Shown: positions 35,630 through 47,300 of the stretch, one piece after another
Position numbering within the stretch: position 1 is the first letter of the stretch
Layout: the number at the start of each line of letters is the position of its first letter
Origin: a virus
Strand: one strand, 5' to 3'
Length of the DNA: 64,000 bases
Virus record (IMG/VR): IMGVR_UViG_3300047157_000111
Coordinates: 4,207 to 68,206 of that record
Notes under the pieces: generated by a model
Seen by the model: the letters and a program-made list of their open reading frames with translations, nothing else
The model's database searches: none
Told to the model about the DNA's origin: nothing
Made by a program: the position numbers and the translations under genes

Positions 35630-36334
35630 ATGGCTAGAATAAGTACCTATCAACAGGATACAAATATTTCGACGGGTGACAAACTGTTAGGTACTGATTC
35701 AGGTGGAGGTACTAAGAATTTTGTGTTAAGTAATCTAACATCTTTTTTATCAGAGTCTAACACCTCAGGTACTAGTAGTAGTTTTACTTTTAAATATAAG
35801 CAATTAAATAGAGGACAAGGTGACATGAACTTTGTATTCTCTAGCGGTAGTACTTTTGCCAACTTAACATCTATTAATGTTAGTAAGTATAACTATAACT
35901 CTCAAAACGCGATAAACAACGCGTTATCTTTATTAGGTGGTAAAAACATTATTATTTACGATGTAAACAACAAAAACAACTTTGGAGTATACAAAGTAGA
36001 GAGTTTACAAGCAGATAATAATCCCAACTTTTACAACATATCATTGAAACACGTTACTAGTAATAGTTCTGCAGTAGACCAAAACGTCTACGGTATAGAT
36101 ATTTTTGCTGAAAGCGGTGGAGATTTAACATTTGCACATCATCAAAATTCAGCATCCGCATCTTGGGTGATAAATCATAACCTGGGTAAGTTTCCTAGTG
36201 TTAGTATAAAATTTTCAAGTTCTGATAGTGTTTATACTAATGTAGGTGCTTTCGCTGGGGTAGTATATACTGATGAAAACAACTTAACAATAAACTTAGC
36301 AGCTGCTGAAAGTGGCTACGCATACTTAAACTAA
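35630..36334 (+). CDS. tail-associated protein
   Basis: C-terminal HQNSASASWVINHNLGKFPSV...GYAYLN domain. Confidence 0.6.
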   Translation: MARISTYQQDTNISTGDKLLGTDSGGGTKNFVLSNLTSFLSESNTSGTSSSFTFKYKQLNRGQGDMNFVFSSGSTFANLTSINVSKYNYNSQNAINNALSLLGGKNIIIYDVNNKNNFGVYKVESLQADNNPNFYNISLKHVTSNSSAVDQNVYGIDIFAESGGDLTFAHHQNSASASWVINHNLGKFPSVSIKFSSSDSVYTNVGAFAGVVYTDENNLTINLAAAESGYAYLN

Positions 36335-36338
36335 AACT

Positions 36339-37535
36339 ATGGCAATACCTATTTTAAATCACTTAGACTTAAGAAGTGTATCGGAGCTGCAAAACGCAAT
36401 ACTCCACAAAACAACAGAAAGCTCTGCATCTAACGTAGAGGGTAAAATAATATACGATACAGGAACAGATTCGGCTAAAGTTTACAACGGGTCTGCTTGG
36501 ATTGATCTAGGTGGTGATATTTCTAGAATTAACATTACTGCTGGGAACGGTTTAACTGGTACCGTAGATACAACAATTGGAGAACACACACAGACATTAA
36601 CAGTTGTTGGTGGTGATGGTATAACTGCTAACGCAGATGAAATTGAAGTAACAGTTGATGATTCAACTATTGAACTAAGCGCTACAAATGGCGCTGGAGC
36701 TGTTAGAATAAAAGACAATGGTGTTACTTTAGCTAAATTAGCGCATCAAACAGCTAACACTGTATTTAAGGTAAGCGGAGCCGGTGCGCCTACAGCTGGT
36801 ACAATAGATACAGCTAACATTACAGCTGATGCGGTAACTGGAGCTAAAATAGCTGATGATGCTATTGACTCAGAGCATATAACTGACGGATCTGTAGATA
36901 ACGTTCACTTAGCGAATGATGGCATAACAATAGGTGGAACAGATGTATCTTTAGGAGGAACTATAACTGCTTTAACTGCTCTTACTGATTTAGATTTAAC
37001 ATCAGGTAATAAAACAATATTTGATACAGTTGGTGCTCACACTCTTACGATGGGTGCTTCTGGAACTACAATTACAATACCTGGTAATTTAGTTGTAACA
37101 GGTACTACAATAACAAAAAATGAAACTGTAAAAATTGTAGAAAACAATACTATAGAGTTTGAAGGTACTACAGATGATGGTCATGAAATAAAGCTTACAG
37201 GTGGTGATCCAACCGCCGCTAGAACGGTGGCTTTACCAGATAACTCAGGTACTATTGCTTTAACAACAGATATAACAGCTAGACAATTTACTACAACTAT
37301 AGGTAATGCTTCAGTAACAACAATAAATTTATTAAACTCAGGTGCATCTGCGCCTCATAAAAACCACGGGTTAGGCGCTGATAGTACTCAGTTTATGATT
37401 CAGTTAATTGAAGTTTCAACAGGACTTACAGTTATGGCTGATGTAGCTAGAGGAGCTAGTGGAGCCGTGGCAATTACGTTTGCATCAGCACCAGCTGCTA
37501 ATGCGATAAGAGTTCTTATCACTAAGATAGGATAA
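36339..37535 (+). CDS. tail fibre/structural protein
   Basis: ITADAVTGAKIADDAI-type repeats; Thr/Gly rich. Confidence 0.65.
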   Translation: MAIPILNHLDLRSVSELQNAILHKTTESSASNVEGKIIYDTGTDSAKVYNGSAWIDLGGDISRINITAGNGLTGTVDTTIGEHTQTLTVVGGDGITANADEIEVTVDDSTIELSATNGAGAVRIKDNGVTLAKLAHQTANTVFKVSGAGAPTAGTIDTANITADAVTGAKIADDAIDSEHITDGSVDNVHLANDGITIGGTDVSLGGTITALTALTDLDLTSGNKTIFDTVGAHTLTMGASGTTITIPGNLVVTGTTITKNETVKIVENNTIEFEGTTDDGHEIKLTGGDPTAARTVALPDNSGTIALTTDITARQFTTTIGNASVTTINLLNSGASAPHKNHGLGADSTQFMIQLIEVSTGLTVMADVARGASGAVAITFASAPAANAIRVLITKIG

Positions 37536-37552
37536 TATAATAAAATTCTAAC

Positions 37553-40417
37553 ATGGCGCAAAAGTTTTTAAATGGAATAGTATCCACAGGTAACATTTTA
37601 CCAAGTTCTGACTCTACTTATGATTTAGGGCATGGAAACTACAGGTGGGCTAACTTAAATGTAGATGCTATTTCTACAACATCTACGTTTGTAGCGGGCG
37701 GAACTATAGCTTTAAATTCAAGTATATCAACATTAAATAAAGCGCAAACATCTTACATAAGTTTTGCTACCAGAAACACATCTGGAAGTGAAACTTTAAT
37801 GGATTTAAGCAACATTGGAACAGCAACTTTTGAAGGTAATATAACAGGTGTAACAGAAACTTTAACAGGTGCAACTTCATTAATGTTAACTCTAAATCCA
37901 ACCGCAAATAACTACGGTGGTATTTGGTTTAAATATGGTGGAACATCAAAAGGAATGTCTGTATACAACTCTGGTAGTATGGTATATGGAGGGGAATCTG
38001 GAGTTGGTACTATATTACAAACTAATGGGTCACACGCTTTAAATATTGATACATCTCAAAATGCAACTTTTGCAGGTGGTGTAACAGTTGATGGAACAGC
38101 AGTCTTCAAACATGGCGGTACTACTTTCAAAACAACTTTTGCGCACGGTAACGAAATAAACACAGAAACAGCAGCTGGCGCAGACGCCACTATGTATTTA
38201 AATTATAGAAGTGGAACTGTTAATATAGCTAATAGCGCTTTAAAAGTAAATAACGCTGGTGACTCAACTATCAAAGGACATTTAATACCTCACGCAGATG
38301 CTACCTATGATTTAGGTACTACGGATTCTAAAGATTTTAGAACTTTATATGTCAGAAATATTGATGTATATAATCAAAGGCTTTTTATTGAGACTAGTGG
38401 AACTTTACCAAGGTTTTTTGATCACCCTACAGTGGGAGATGGGATTCAGTTTAATCATTTAGGGACAGAAATATTACGACTTGGAAATGGTAGTAGTACG
38501 ACAGCAACTTTTGCAGGAACAATAACTACCGGTGATAATAGTAATGATAATTACATATCAGCAACATTTAGTGATTCAACATACACTAGGATGCACGGGT
38601 ATGGTTTGTATATGTCAAGAGACAATTCATATATAAGACCAACTACTGATACAGGTAAAACCTTATACATAGGTTCATCAGATAAAAGATGGGACAATGT
38701 AAATGTTCACGCTACAAACGCAACTTTTGCAGGTAATGTAACTATAGCCCATGCAACAAATCCATATATTTATATAAACGACACAAACGCAGGTGCAGGT
38801 ATATTTCAACAAGAGGGTAATGATACTAGGATAGGTTCGGATACAAATACTACGGTTAAGATAGTACAAAACAACCAAGATGCAATTACTATAAATACAT
38901 CTAAAAACGCAACTTTTGCAGGTAACTTAGGAACCGGTGGTTTAACCGCAACTGATGTAACCGGTTTAAGCATTAAATCACAATCAATAAGCTCTCAACA
39001 ATCAGCAATAGACATTATACAAAATGGGAGTGGTACTAATCCTATCATACGTATGGGTGAAAAATCTACTAATGGTGCTAGATTACATATGTTTGATTCA
39101 AATGTTGAAAAAATTGCTTTTTATACTGACGGTACAGATAATCATATTACCGCGGGAAAACTTGGTTTAGGAACTTCGTCTCCTCAAGACAAATTACACG
39201 TGTATGGTACTGTTAGAGGTGATTTAAAATTAGAAGGAAATTATACAGGTGGAACAACAGATGTAGGTAAATTTTCATACGCATACGCGCCTAGAGGCGG
39301 GGATAGTAATAACAAAAACATTGCCTACATAAGTGGGTATAATACAACTACTGATTCAACGTCTGGAGGTTACATACAAATAGCAACTAGACCAACAAAC
39401 GGGACAATGCAGGCTCGTATACGTATTGATCAAGATGGTGAAGTTGGTATCAACACAACAAACCCGACTGAAAGACTTGAAGTTGTTGGTAACATACTAG
39501 CTAAAGATTCTGGAGTTTTAGCGGGTGTTGGTGGTGCTAAAGATGGTTTTATATTCCACGATTTATATACTGGCTCTGGTGACTACTACGGTTACAAAGC
39601 TTATACAAATAACAGTAACACAAGATTAAGTGTAGTTACTAATGGTGACGAAAGATTAACAGTCTTGGCTGATGGTAAAGTTGGTGTAGGTATTGAAACA
39701 TTGCATCAAAAATTCTCAGTAAACGGTAATATTAACATAACTGGTGGTGATGGTAGTTTTTTAACGTTTAACAATGGTGACGCTAATATATCAATACATA
39801 ATAACAATGCTGATAGCGTTGTTGGTAGAGACTTATCATTTAAAACGTATAAAGCAGGTGTTGGTAATACCGAGAAAATGCGTATCAATAGAGACGGGAA
39901 TGTCGGTATTGGATTATCAAACCCTTCATCTAAATTACACGTTAGGACAAGCACTAACTTTAATTATGAATTTGAAGAAGTATCTAGTAAATTAAGATTT
40001 TCTGCTTTAAATGATGCTAGAGACGCTAATGTTCCACTTGAATTCGCCGCGTCGTCTTTTGGTTTTCTTACAGGAAATACAACTTTTGCAGGTAGTGTAA
40101 AAGTAAAAAACGCTTTAATAGATAACGCTTCTGTAACTTCTGCTACCACAACTACAACTGTTGCTAGTGTAAGTGGAACTACCTACGCAGCTGTTTTCTT
40201 TGATTATGTTATTTATAAAAGCAGTAATATTAGAGCGGGTACCGTAGTGGCTTGTAGCGATGGAACGACTGTATCTTTTACTGAGACATCTACAACAGAC
40301 TTAGGAGACACATCAGATGTAACATTAGCTGTAGATTTATCATCTTCTAATTTTAGATTAAGAGCAACGACAGCTTCAAGTACATGGAATATTAAAGCAT
40401 TAACAAGAGCAATATAA
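37553..40417 (+). CDS. modular tail fibre
   Basis: Repeated ATFAG and GNVGIG...P..KL.V.G modules, TYDLG repeats. Confidence 0.75.
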   Translation: MAQKFLNGIVSTGNILPSSDSTYDLGHGNYRWANLNVDAISTTSTFVAGGTIALNSSISTLNKAQTSYISFATRNTSGSETLMDLSNIGTATFEGNITGVTETLTGATSLMLTLNPTANNYGGIWFKYGGTSKGMSVYNSGSMVYGGESGVGTILQTNGSHALNIDTSQNATFAGGVTVDGTAVFKHGGTTFKTTFAHGNEINTETAAGADATMYLNYRSGTVNIANSALKVNNAGDSTIKGHLIPHADATYDLGTTDSKDFRTLYVRNIDVYNQRLFIETSGTLPRFFDHPTVGDGIQFNHLGTEILRLGNGSSTTATFAGTITTGDNSNDNYISATFSDSTYTRMHGYGLYMSRDNSYIRPTTDTGKTLYIGSSDKRWDNVNVHATNATFAGNVTIAHATNPYIYINDTNAGAGIFQQEGNDTRIGSDTNTTVKIVQNNQDAITINTSKNATFAGNLGTGGLTATDVTGLSIKSQSISSQQSAIDIIQNGSGTNPIIRMGEKSTNGARLHMFDSNVEKIAFYTDGTDNHITAGKLGLGTSSPQDKLHVYGTVRGDLKLEGNYTGGTTDVGKFSYAYAPRGGDSNNKNIAYISGYNTTTDSTSGGYIQIATRPTNGTMQARIRIDQDGEVGINTTNPTERLEVVGNILAKDSGVLAGVGGAKDGFIFHDLYTGSGDYYGYKAYTNNSNTRLSVVTNGDERLTVLADGKVGVGIETLHQKFSVNGNINITGGDGSFLTFNNGDANISIHNNNADSVVGRDLSFKTYKAGVGNTEKMRINRDGNVGIGLSNPSSKLHVRTSTNFNYEFEEVSSKLRFSALNDARDANVPLEFAASSFGFLTGNTTFAGSVKVKNALIDNASVTSATTTTTVASVSGTTYAAVFFDYVIYKSSNIRAGTVVACSDGTTVSFTETSTTDLGDTSDVTLAVDLSSSNFRLRATTASSTWNIKALTRAI

Positions 40418-41610
40418 TGGGAATATATAGAGGGCCAAACAACGTTACAAAAGATTTAGAATTTGGGTTTGATACTGGTCACGGTGTTTCAAACAACACT
40501 ACTGCAACTAGATTCAATAAGGGTGAACCAACAACAAATTTGCAATCATCAAACCAAACAAGTGGGCAGGTATCAGGTATGTCAGGTATTACGATAACAT
40601 ATGTTGGTGAAGAAGATGGTTATTCAAAATATTCAATGAATGGTACTTTTACTGGTGGTACATATCCTTATATTATGTATTTAGCCAGTACATCTTTTAC
40701 TAGCGGTACATCATATTCTACACAGTGCAAGCTAAAAACAAATGTTCCTGATAAGTTTAATTATATAGGAGGAGGGATTAATTATGTAAACGTAGCTATG
40801 AATAATGCTGGTGCAAATAGCAGTGTACTTCAAGATGATGGTTACTATTTAATTAAAAGAGAAGGTTTTGACTACCAATCAAATACTACTCAACCAGGTT
40901 ATATTCATAGTAACCCTATTAATAATACAACATTTAGTTCATCAACAGATTTTGTTTATATAAAAGATTTTCAAATAGAGCAAAATAATCACTGTACACC
41001 ATACACGCCAACTTCTAGATCAAACACTGCTAGTTTAATAGATTTAAAAAGATCAACAGATATAGACGTAGGTGGTATATCGTTTAGTGCTACTGCTCAA
41101 GCAGAGTTTGATGGAACTGATGATAAAATTACTTTAAGCCATGCTAATTCACCTGTAACTAACGTATCGTATGAAATGGTTGTTAAATTTGACACACTAC
41201 CCGCAACTAATTCATATAAATCAATTTGGCAAAAACAAACAAACTGGAACAATGCTGGTGGTGTAATGATGCAATTTATATATAACGCTTTTAGATGGTC
41301 ATATGGTAACAGCTGGGGTGGTGCGGTGAGTTATCCTCAATCAAACTTTACCACTGGAAAATATTACCATATAGTTGGTACTGTAGATAATATAAATGGA
41401 GCTAACGCTAAACTTTACGTGAACGGTGTACAAGTTGGCTCGACAGGTACAGGTTCAAAACTTAACACAACAGCTGTTTTAAACATAGGGGAAGGGAACG
41501 GTGGTAGACTTGATGGATCACTAGGTGTATTTAAAATGTACAGTAATACCCTTACTGCAGAAGATGTAAAACAAAATTTTAATACGTACAAAAATAGATT
41601 TAATATATAA
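40417..41610 (+). CDS. tail protein with carbohydrate-binding-like and LamG/ConA domains (paralog 1)
   Basis: FDGTDD...YYHIVGT...LYVNG...YKNRFNI. Confidence 0.7.
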   Translation: MGIYRGPNNVTKDLEFGFDTGHGVSNNTTATRFNKGEPTTNLQSSNQTSGQVSGMSGITITYVGEEDGYSKYSMNGTFTGGTYPYIMYLASTSFTSGTSYSTQCKLKTNVPDKFNYIGGGINYVNVAMNNAGANSSVLQDDGYYLIKREGFDYQSNTTQPGYIHSNPINNTTFSSSTDFVYIKDFQIEQNNHCTPYTPTSRSNTASLIDLKRSTDIDVGGISFSATAQAEFDGTDDKITLSHANSPVTNVSYEMVVKFDTLPATNSYKSIWQKQTNWNNAGGVMMQFIYNAFRWSYGNSWGGAVSYPQSNFTTGKYYHIVGTVDNINGANAKLYVNGVQVGSTGTGSKLNTTAVLNIGEGNGGRLDGSLGVFKMYSNTLTAEDVKQNFNTYKNRFNI

Positions 41611-41613
41611 ATT

Positions 41614-41946
41614 ATGAGTAGATTTGAAAACAGAAGGTGGTTAGTATTGCCAATAGAAAAAATAGACGACATAAACTTTAGTCAGGTTCATCAATCTAAT
41701 AAAGAATCATTAAGAAAGTCAATTGACGGTAAAAAAACATTTGTAAAATATGAAGTTTTAGATGTTAAAGAAGATTTTGAAACTAAATATATAGATGCAG
41801 ATACTAATGAAGAAAAGTCTTATACGACTAAAAAAGGCGTGTATGGCAGACCTGATGTGTATAGCACAGATTATACGGAGTACAATCACGCTGATATTTT
41901 AGCTTTATTAGCTACAGATGAGTGGACTATAAAAATAGAAGAATAA
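41614..41946 (+). CDS. hypothetical tail-associated protein
   Basis: INFSQV...LRKSIDGKKTFVKY...EW. Confidence 0.55.
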   Translation: MSRFENRRWLVLPIEKIDDINFSQVHQSNKESLRKSIDGKKTFVKYEVLDVKEDFETKYIDADTNEEKSYTTKKGVYGRPDVYSTDYTEYNHADILALLATDEWTIKIEE

Positions 41947-41947
41947 A

Positions 41948-43171
41948 ATGGGAGTAAATGTAGCAACAAGTATTGCTAATAGCGATTTATTTTTTGGCTA
42001 TGATACTGGTCATGATGTGGCAAACCCTAGCAATATAACTAGGTTTTACCCAGGTGAGCCAACGGTTAATTTAATGACTTCTCATTTTGAAAGCTTAGGT
42101 CTTGATGGTTCAGGACAAAGTAGTGTAGGCACGAGAACCACTATAGCCACTAACCACGTTAGAATAGTAGACAGCACTTCTAACACTAGACAACACGTGT
42201 ATGTATCTGGCTTAACAGCTGGTACAACTTACACATTATCAAATCAGTTTAGAAAAATATCCGGAACTCCTACATGGAGGTATCAAATACAAGCTTATAA
42301 CAACGGTTCATACGTTGCTACTATAAAATTTACAAACACTGCTGAAGTTGGTTTATTAGATATAGATGGATGGCAAACTGCTAAATGGACTTTTACTTTG
42401 CCCGCTAATTCAAACAAAGTTCTTATATTTTTTCAAGATGGGGCTGATTATGCTACATACGATCATTCTTTTGAAGTAAAAAACCCTCAGTTAGAAGCTA
42501 AAGGTCATGCTAGTAATTATGTTGATGGAACTAGATCGGATACGGCTGGCTTAATAGATTTAAAAAGAACAAAAACATTAGACTTAGGTGATGTTGGTTT
42601 TACTTCAGGTCAAGAATTAGATTTTGACGGTAGTGACGATAAAATAGAACTAGGTAATCATTTAAATACTATAGGTAGTGAAGCTACTTTTGATATGGTT
42701 TTTAAAAGTTACTCTACAAACGATTCTTTTAAAGTTATGATTGGTTGGGGTCATGGCACAAGTAATTATTCTCACATTTCAATAGGTAACTTAACAAGTG
42801 GTTATAACGATGAATCGCTACATGTTGTTCTAAACGCTAGTTTTGAGATGTATGTTAGAGAAGGTCACACAACGTATAAAGACAACGAATATCATCATGT
42901 ATCAGTCACGCTTGGTGCTAACAAATATTCAATATGGATAGATGGTGTTGAAAAAACATTTACCTTTGCACAAGGATCACAAACATCACATTTTCCTGAA
43001 ATTGTTGGTTATAACAGTAACATAACAGCACAAGTAGGCCAAAGACCTTACGGTGGTGGATCAGGTAATTTTGAAGGAGAAATACCGGTTATGAAGGTTT
43101 ATAAAAGAATACTAACTGACGAAGAGATAAAACAAAATTACAAAGCATATAAAAACAGATTTGGAATATGA
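41948..43171 (+). CDS. tail protein with carbohydrate-binding-like and LamG/ConA domains (paralog 2)
   Basis: FDGSDD...YHHVSVT...WIDG...YKNRFGI. Confidence 0.7.
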   Translation: MGVNVATSIANSDLFFGYDTGHDVANPSNITRFYPGEPTVNLMTSHFESLGLDGSGQSSVGTRTTIATNHVRIVDSTSNTRQHVYVSGLTAGTTYTLSNQFRKISGTPTWRYQIQAYNNGSYVATIKFTNTAEVGLLDIDGWQTAKWTFTLPANSNKVLIFFQDGADYATYDHSFEVKNPQLEAKGHASNYVDGTRSDTAGLIDLKRTKTLDLGDVGFTSGQELDFDGSDDKIELGNHLNTIGSEATFDMVFKSYSTNDSFKVMIGWGHGTSNYSHISIGNLTSGYNDESLHVVLNASFEMYVREGHTTYKDNEYHHVSVTLGANKYSIWIDGVEKTFTFAQGSQTSHFPEIVGYNSNITAQVGQRPYGGGSGNFEGEIPVMKVYKRILTDEEIKQNYKAYKNRFGI

Positions 43172-44346
43172 AGATAGGACCTAATTTAGTGCAAGGAAAT
43201 TTACTGTTCGGTTACGACACTGGTTATGGTGTGGGTAACATAGGCGCACCTACAAGACATTTTAAAGGCAAACCAACAACTAATTTAACAACAAGTACGT
43301 TAACATCTGTTTTTAGCAGTTGGGCTGGTTTAGTAGGAACGTCAACCGCTTACACTGGTGGTTATTTAGGTAACTCAGGTGTTCATGTAAAAATCTCATC
43401 TGGTGGTGGTGTTAATTGGTGGAGTTCTCCGTCTTTAGCTGGTTTATCAGGTAATACGCAATACACAGTAAGTGCCACTATGAAATTTACTGGTAGGGCT
43501 TTTAACGGTGACGATGCAAACATGTTATACATTAGAGAGTATAATAGCAGTAATACTCAACTAAGAGAATATGGTTATTTCAGCCCAAATCGAATGATTG
43601 ATTTAGGTGACGGGTGGTATAGAGTTTGGGGGACAGTAACTACTCAAGCTACAACTAACCGAATATTACTTCATGGTTATTCTTATACTACAAACACAGA
43701 TATAAAACTTCAGGATCTACAGTTTGAACTAGGTGACACTCCTAGTCCATTCGCAGGATATAACAACTCTAGATCTGACACAGGTCAGTTAATAGATTTA
43801 GCTGGTCAAAGTGACATAAGTTTAAGTAACATGTCTTTTGATAATACAAACACGAATACATACATAGGTAACCCTACTTTTGATGGCTCAGGTGATTTTA
43901 TTGATATAACTACAAATTTTGGAACACTAGCTCAATATTCTTTTGAATATGTTGAAAACCCTTCACAAACACATAAGATGCCAATATCAAGTAGGTTAAA
44001 TACTAATTTTTATAAATATGGTGCTTATAGCTGGAGGTATAAACATGGTGGAACATTAGGTGAGTATTACCATACAGCTGGAGCTACATCTGGTTGGCAT
44101 CATTGGGTTATATCATACAACGGCGCTACATTAAAAATATATCAAGATAATGTACTTATAGGAAACACGGTACCTCATTTAGGTTCTGCGGATTGGAGCG
44201 GAGGATTAAAAATAGGCTGGTGGTCATCTGGAGCTGATTATGATTTTAATGGTGATATACCAGTTATGAAGTTTTACGATAGAGGTTTAACAGCTAGTGA
44301 AGTAGCTAGTAATTTTAACGCGTACAAACAAAGATTTAATATATAA
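43168..44346 (+). CDS. tail protein with carbohydrate-binding-like and LamG/ConA domains (paralog 3)
   Basis: FDGSGD...WHHWVISY...YKQRFNI. Confidence 0.7.
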   Translation: MKIGPNLVQGNLLFGYDTGYGVGNIGAPTRHFKGKPTTNLTTSTLTSVFSSWAGLVGTSTAYTGGYLGNSGVHVKISSGGGVNWWSSPSLAGLSGNTQYTVSATMKFTGRAFNGDDANMLYIREYNSSNTQLREYGYFSPNRMIDLGDGWYRVWGTVTTQATTNRILLHGYSYTTNTDIKLQDLQFELGDTPSPFAGYNNSRSDTGQLIDLAGQSDISLSNMSFDNTNTNTYIGNPTFDGSGDFIDITTNFGTLAQYSFEYVENPSQTHKMPISSRLNTNFYKYGAYSWRYKHGGTLGEYYHTAGATSGWHHWVISYNGATLKIYQDNVLIGNTVPHLGSADWSGGLKIGWWSSGADYDFNGDIPVMKFYDRGLTASEVASNFNAYKQRFNI

Positions 44347-44367
44347 CCCGGAAAATGAAAGGTAAAT

Positions 44368-47300
44368 ATGGCAAATGAATTTAAAGTAAAAAAAGGTCTA
44401 ATAGTAGACGGCTCAAATACGGTTCTTGATATACAAGGAACGCAAGGGCAATTATTCTCTGTAACGGATAGTTTGACAGGAGACTTATTCTCTGTATCTG
44501 ACGTGTCAGGTATACCTATATTAAATGTTAACTCTAGTGGAGATGTAGATATTGATGGAGCTTTAGGTATAGGTGCTACGGCATCTCAATTTCACGCTGA
44601 CGCTGATGATCTTGTAGTTGGCGCAGGTAGTGGTAATACTGGTATAACAATACATAGTGGAACTAGTGGTTATGGTTCAATATTTTTTGCAGATGGTACA
44701 GCAAATGATGCCACAGAAAAAAGAGGTCAAATAAGATATTTACAAGGTACTGAAAGAATGGACTTTCATACTGATAATGTTGCAACCGCAGCATTATCGT
44801 TAGCAGCTAATGGTAACGCAACTTTCGCAGGTAATGTTACAATTACTGGTGATAGTGCTAGTCCACATACTGATAGAGCTCTTACTGTAAATAGAGGTCA
44901 AGATGGTAGTATAGCTTTACAAGTTCTAAACTCAGGTGAGGTTGTAACAAATGCAAATTACTTTTATGCAACTGGACCCGGAGTATCCATGTATGTACAG
45001 AACACTGCTGTTTTTAGAGGTTCTATTGTGAATGATGTTTCTAATGCACCAGTTACAATTGGTGATGATTTATCAGTTGCAGGAAATATTACCGCGCCTG
45101 GTTTGGTTTATAATGCCACTAATAAATACTTATCTATATCGCATTGGTCATCACCTCCTACACCCGCGGCAATACTACATTTGTCAGATAACTCTAACGA
45201 TTTAGATGTTCCGCAGATAAGAATAGAAGGTAGGGAAAACCCTGGTGACACAGTCTTAGATATAGCGGTTAAAGATGCAGATGTTAGATTTAATTTAGTT
45301 GAAGGTAGCACTGATGCTGCTTCTGGTTATGGTAGAATGCATTTTAAAACAAACGCTAGTGCTAATTCATCTCATCCAACAAGAGGTGGTTTTCTTTTTC
45401 AATCAGGTCCTAGTTCAAGTCTTATTAATGTTTTAGATATAACAAACGAAGGTAATGCAACTTTTGCAGGTAATGTTGCAGTGCAACAAGCTGGAGATGT
45501 ATATTTAACATTAGAATCTACTGATGCAAGTACCGCGGAGGAAGTAGCTATTAAATACAGTAATCAATCAACAGGTAGTAACTATTGGTGGGCAGGTTTA
45601 AATCAATCTGCTAATTACTCATTAGCCTATGGAACGTCTTATTCTGGAGCTAATGTTAAAATGGAAATTTCAACCGCGGGTGACGCAACTTTTGCAGGAG
45701 AAGTTAACACTGGTGGTAACATTGTAATGACAAAGTCTTCAGGTAATAACCAGCTATATATAAACAGTTCGGGAGGTGGAGCGCCTGTTATGTACCTACA
45801 AGATCCAAACCGTAAATGGGGTCAATTTGTTTCGAACGGTCATTTATATTTTAAAGATGAAACTGCAAACGTAACTTCACTTAAAATAGATGGTGTTACT
45901 TCAAATGCAACTTTTGCAGGTAATATAACTTTAAATACAGGTACAGCTAAAAAACTTTCCATATTAGCATCTACGCACGATACAAATACAGCTCAAACAG
46001 CTACATTAGAACTAGGTTACACTCACTCTGGTGGAGCTGCTGCTGGTAATATAGTTTTAACCGAAGCAGCTAACAACGCTTTTGATGCTGATATGACTTT
46101 TGGATTACCTTATAACAATGGAAGTGGTGGTAGTACAACAAGAACAGCGTTAACTTTAGACGGTGGTACTTTAGCAGCAACTTTTCTAGGTAATGTAACC
46201 GCAGTTAATGTAATACCTACTACAGCCTTAAGAGTTGGTGCTGCTGATAAATGGAAAATAAGAGGTAATAACTCTAACAATAATTTAGCTTTTGAATATG
46301 CTGCTTCTGAATCTCTAGCTGATACTAATATAAAATTAGAATTAACTTCAACAGCCGCAACTGTTAAAAACAGCTTATCAATACAATCAGATGATGATAA
46401 TAGATTTTTAGTTAGATCAAATGATTATACTATATCTAGAATTATTTCAAGAGGACTTACTGGCACAAACTTAGACAAAGGTTTGTTCTCATTAATGACT
46501 TCAGACGGTACTACTAACAATGTTGAAGCAGTTCGTATAGATTCCGCTGGTAACTCTTGGTTTAACGGTGGGCAAGTTGGTATTGGAGTCGGTACTCCAA
46601 CTGAATTGCTGCATATTAAAAACCCAAGTAATTCCTGGAATCAATACGCTAGAATTAGAATAGGCACAGAAACTAGTGATAACTATGCTTCTGAAATAGG
46701 TTTTCATAGAGGAACGAGCGACGACACGGATAGAGGATTTTTTATTGATGGTGGTGGTAGTGGTACTCAGCATTTAAAAGTTTTATATACCGGAAATGTC
46801 GGAATAGGGACTGTTTCTCCTGGGGCTAAGTTAGAGGTAGCAGGTGGAGCGGATTCTATTGCTAGGGTATTAGGAACAACTACAGCTGCAAGATTAGATT
46901 TACAGACTAATTCATTTCATAAATTTATACAAACAATAGAGTCTGATGGTCGTTTTAGACTATATAACCAAACAACTTCAAAAGAACAACTAACAGTTAC
47001 AAATGTTGGTAGCGTCGGAGTTGGAGATGCAGCCCCAACACTTATATCAGCAAACACATATAGTCTATCTGTTAATTCAGCAAGAAATGATTTATCGGGT
47101 GGGTTAATAACTAAAGCCAATGGATCTGTAAAACACCAGCAATATTGGGATTCAAGTGGATACAGTTTCAACCTTTCAGCTAACGCAGGAGATTTTAAAT
47201 GGAATGTTAACGGTAACAGTAGAATGGTTGTTGATAAAGATGGTGGTCTTGATATACAAGGAACAGCTGGTCAACTATTTTCAGTCACAAATAGTTTATC

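Larger units (their letters stand above)
37823..46190 (+). repeat. dispersed 14-bp repeat GCAACTTTTGCAGG in two tail-fibre genes
   Basis: Exact at 38063, 38504, 38720, 38909, 45457, 45685, 45907; variants at 37823, 40079, 44818, 46177. Confidence 0.8.
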
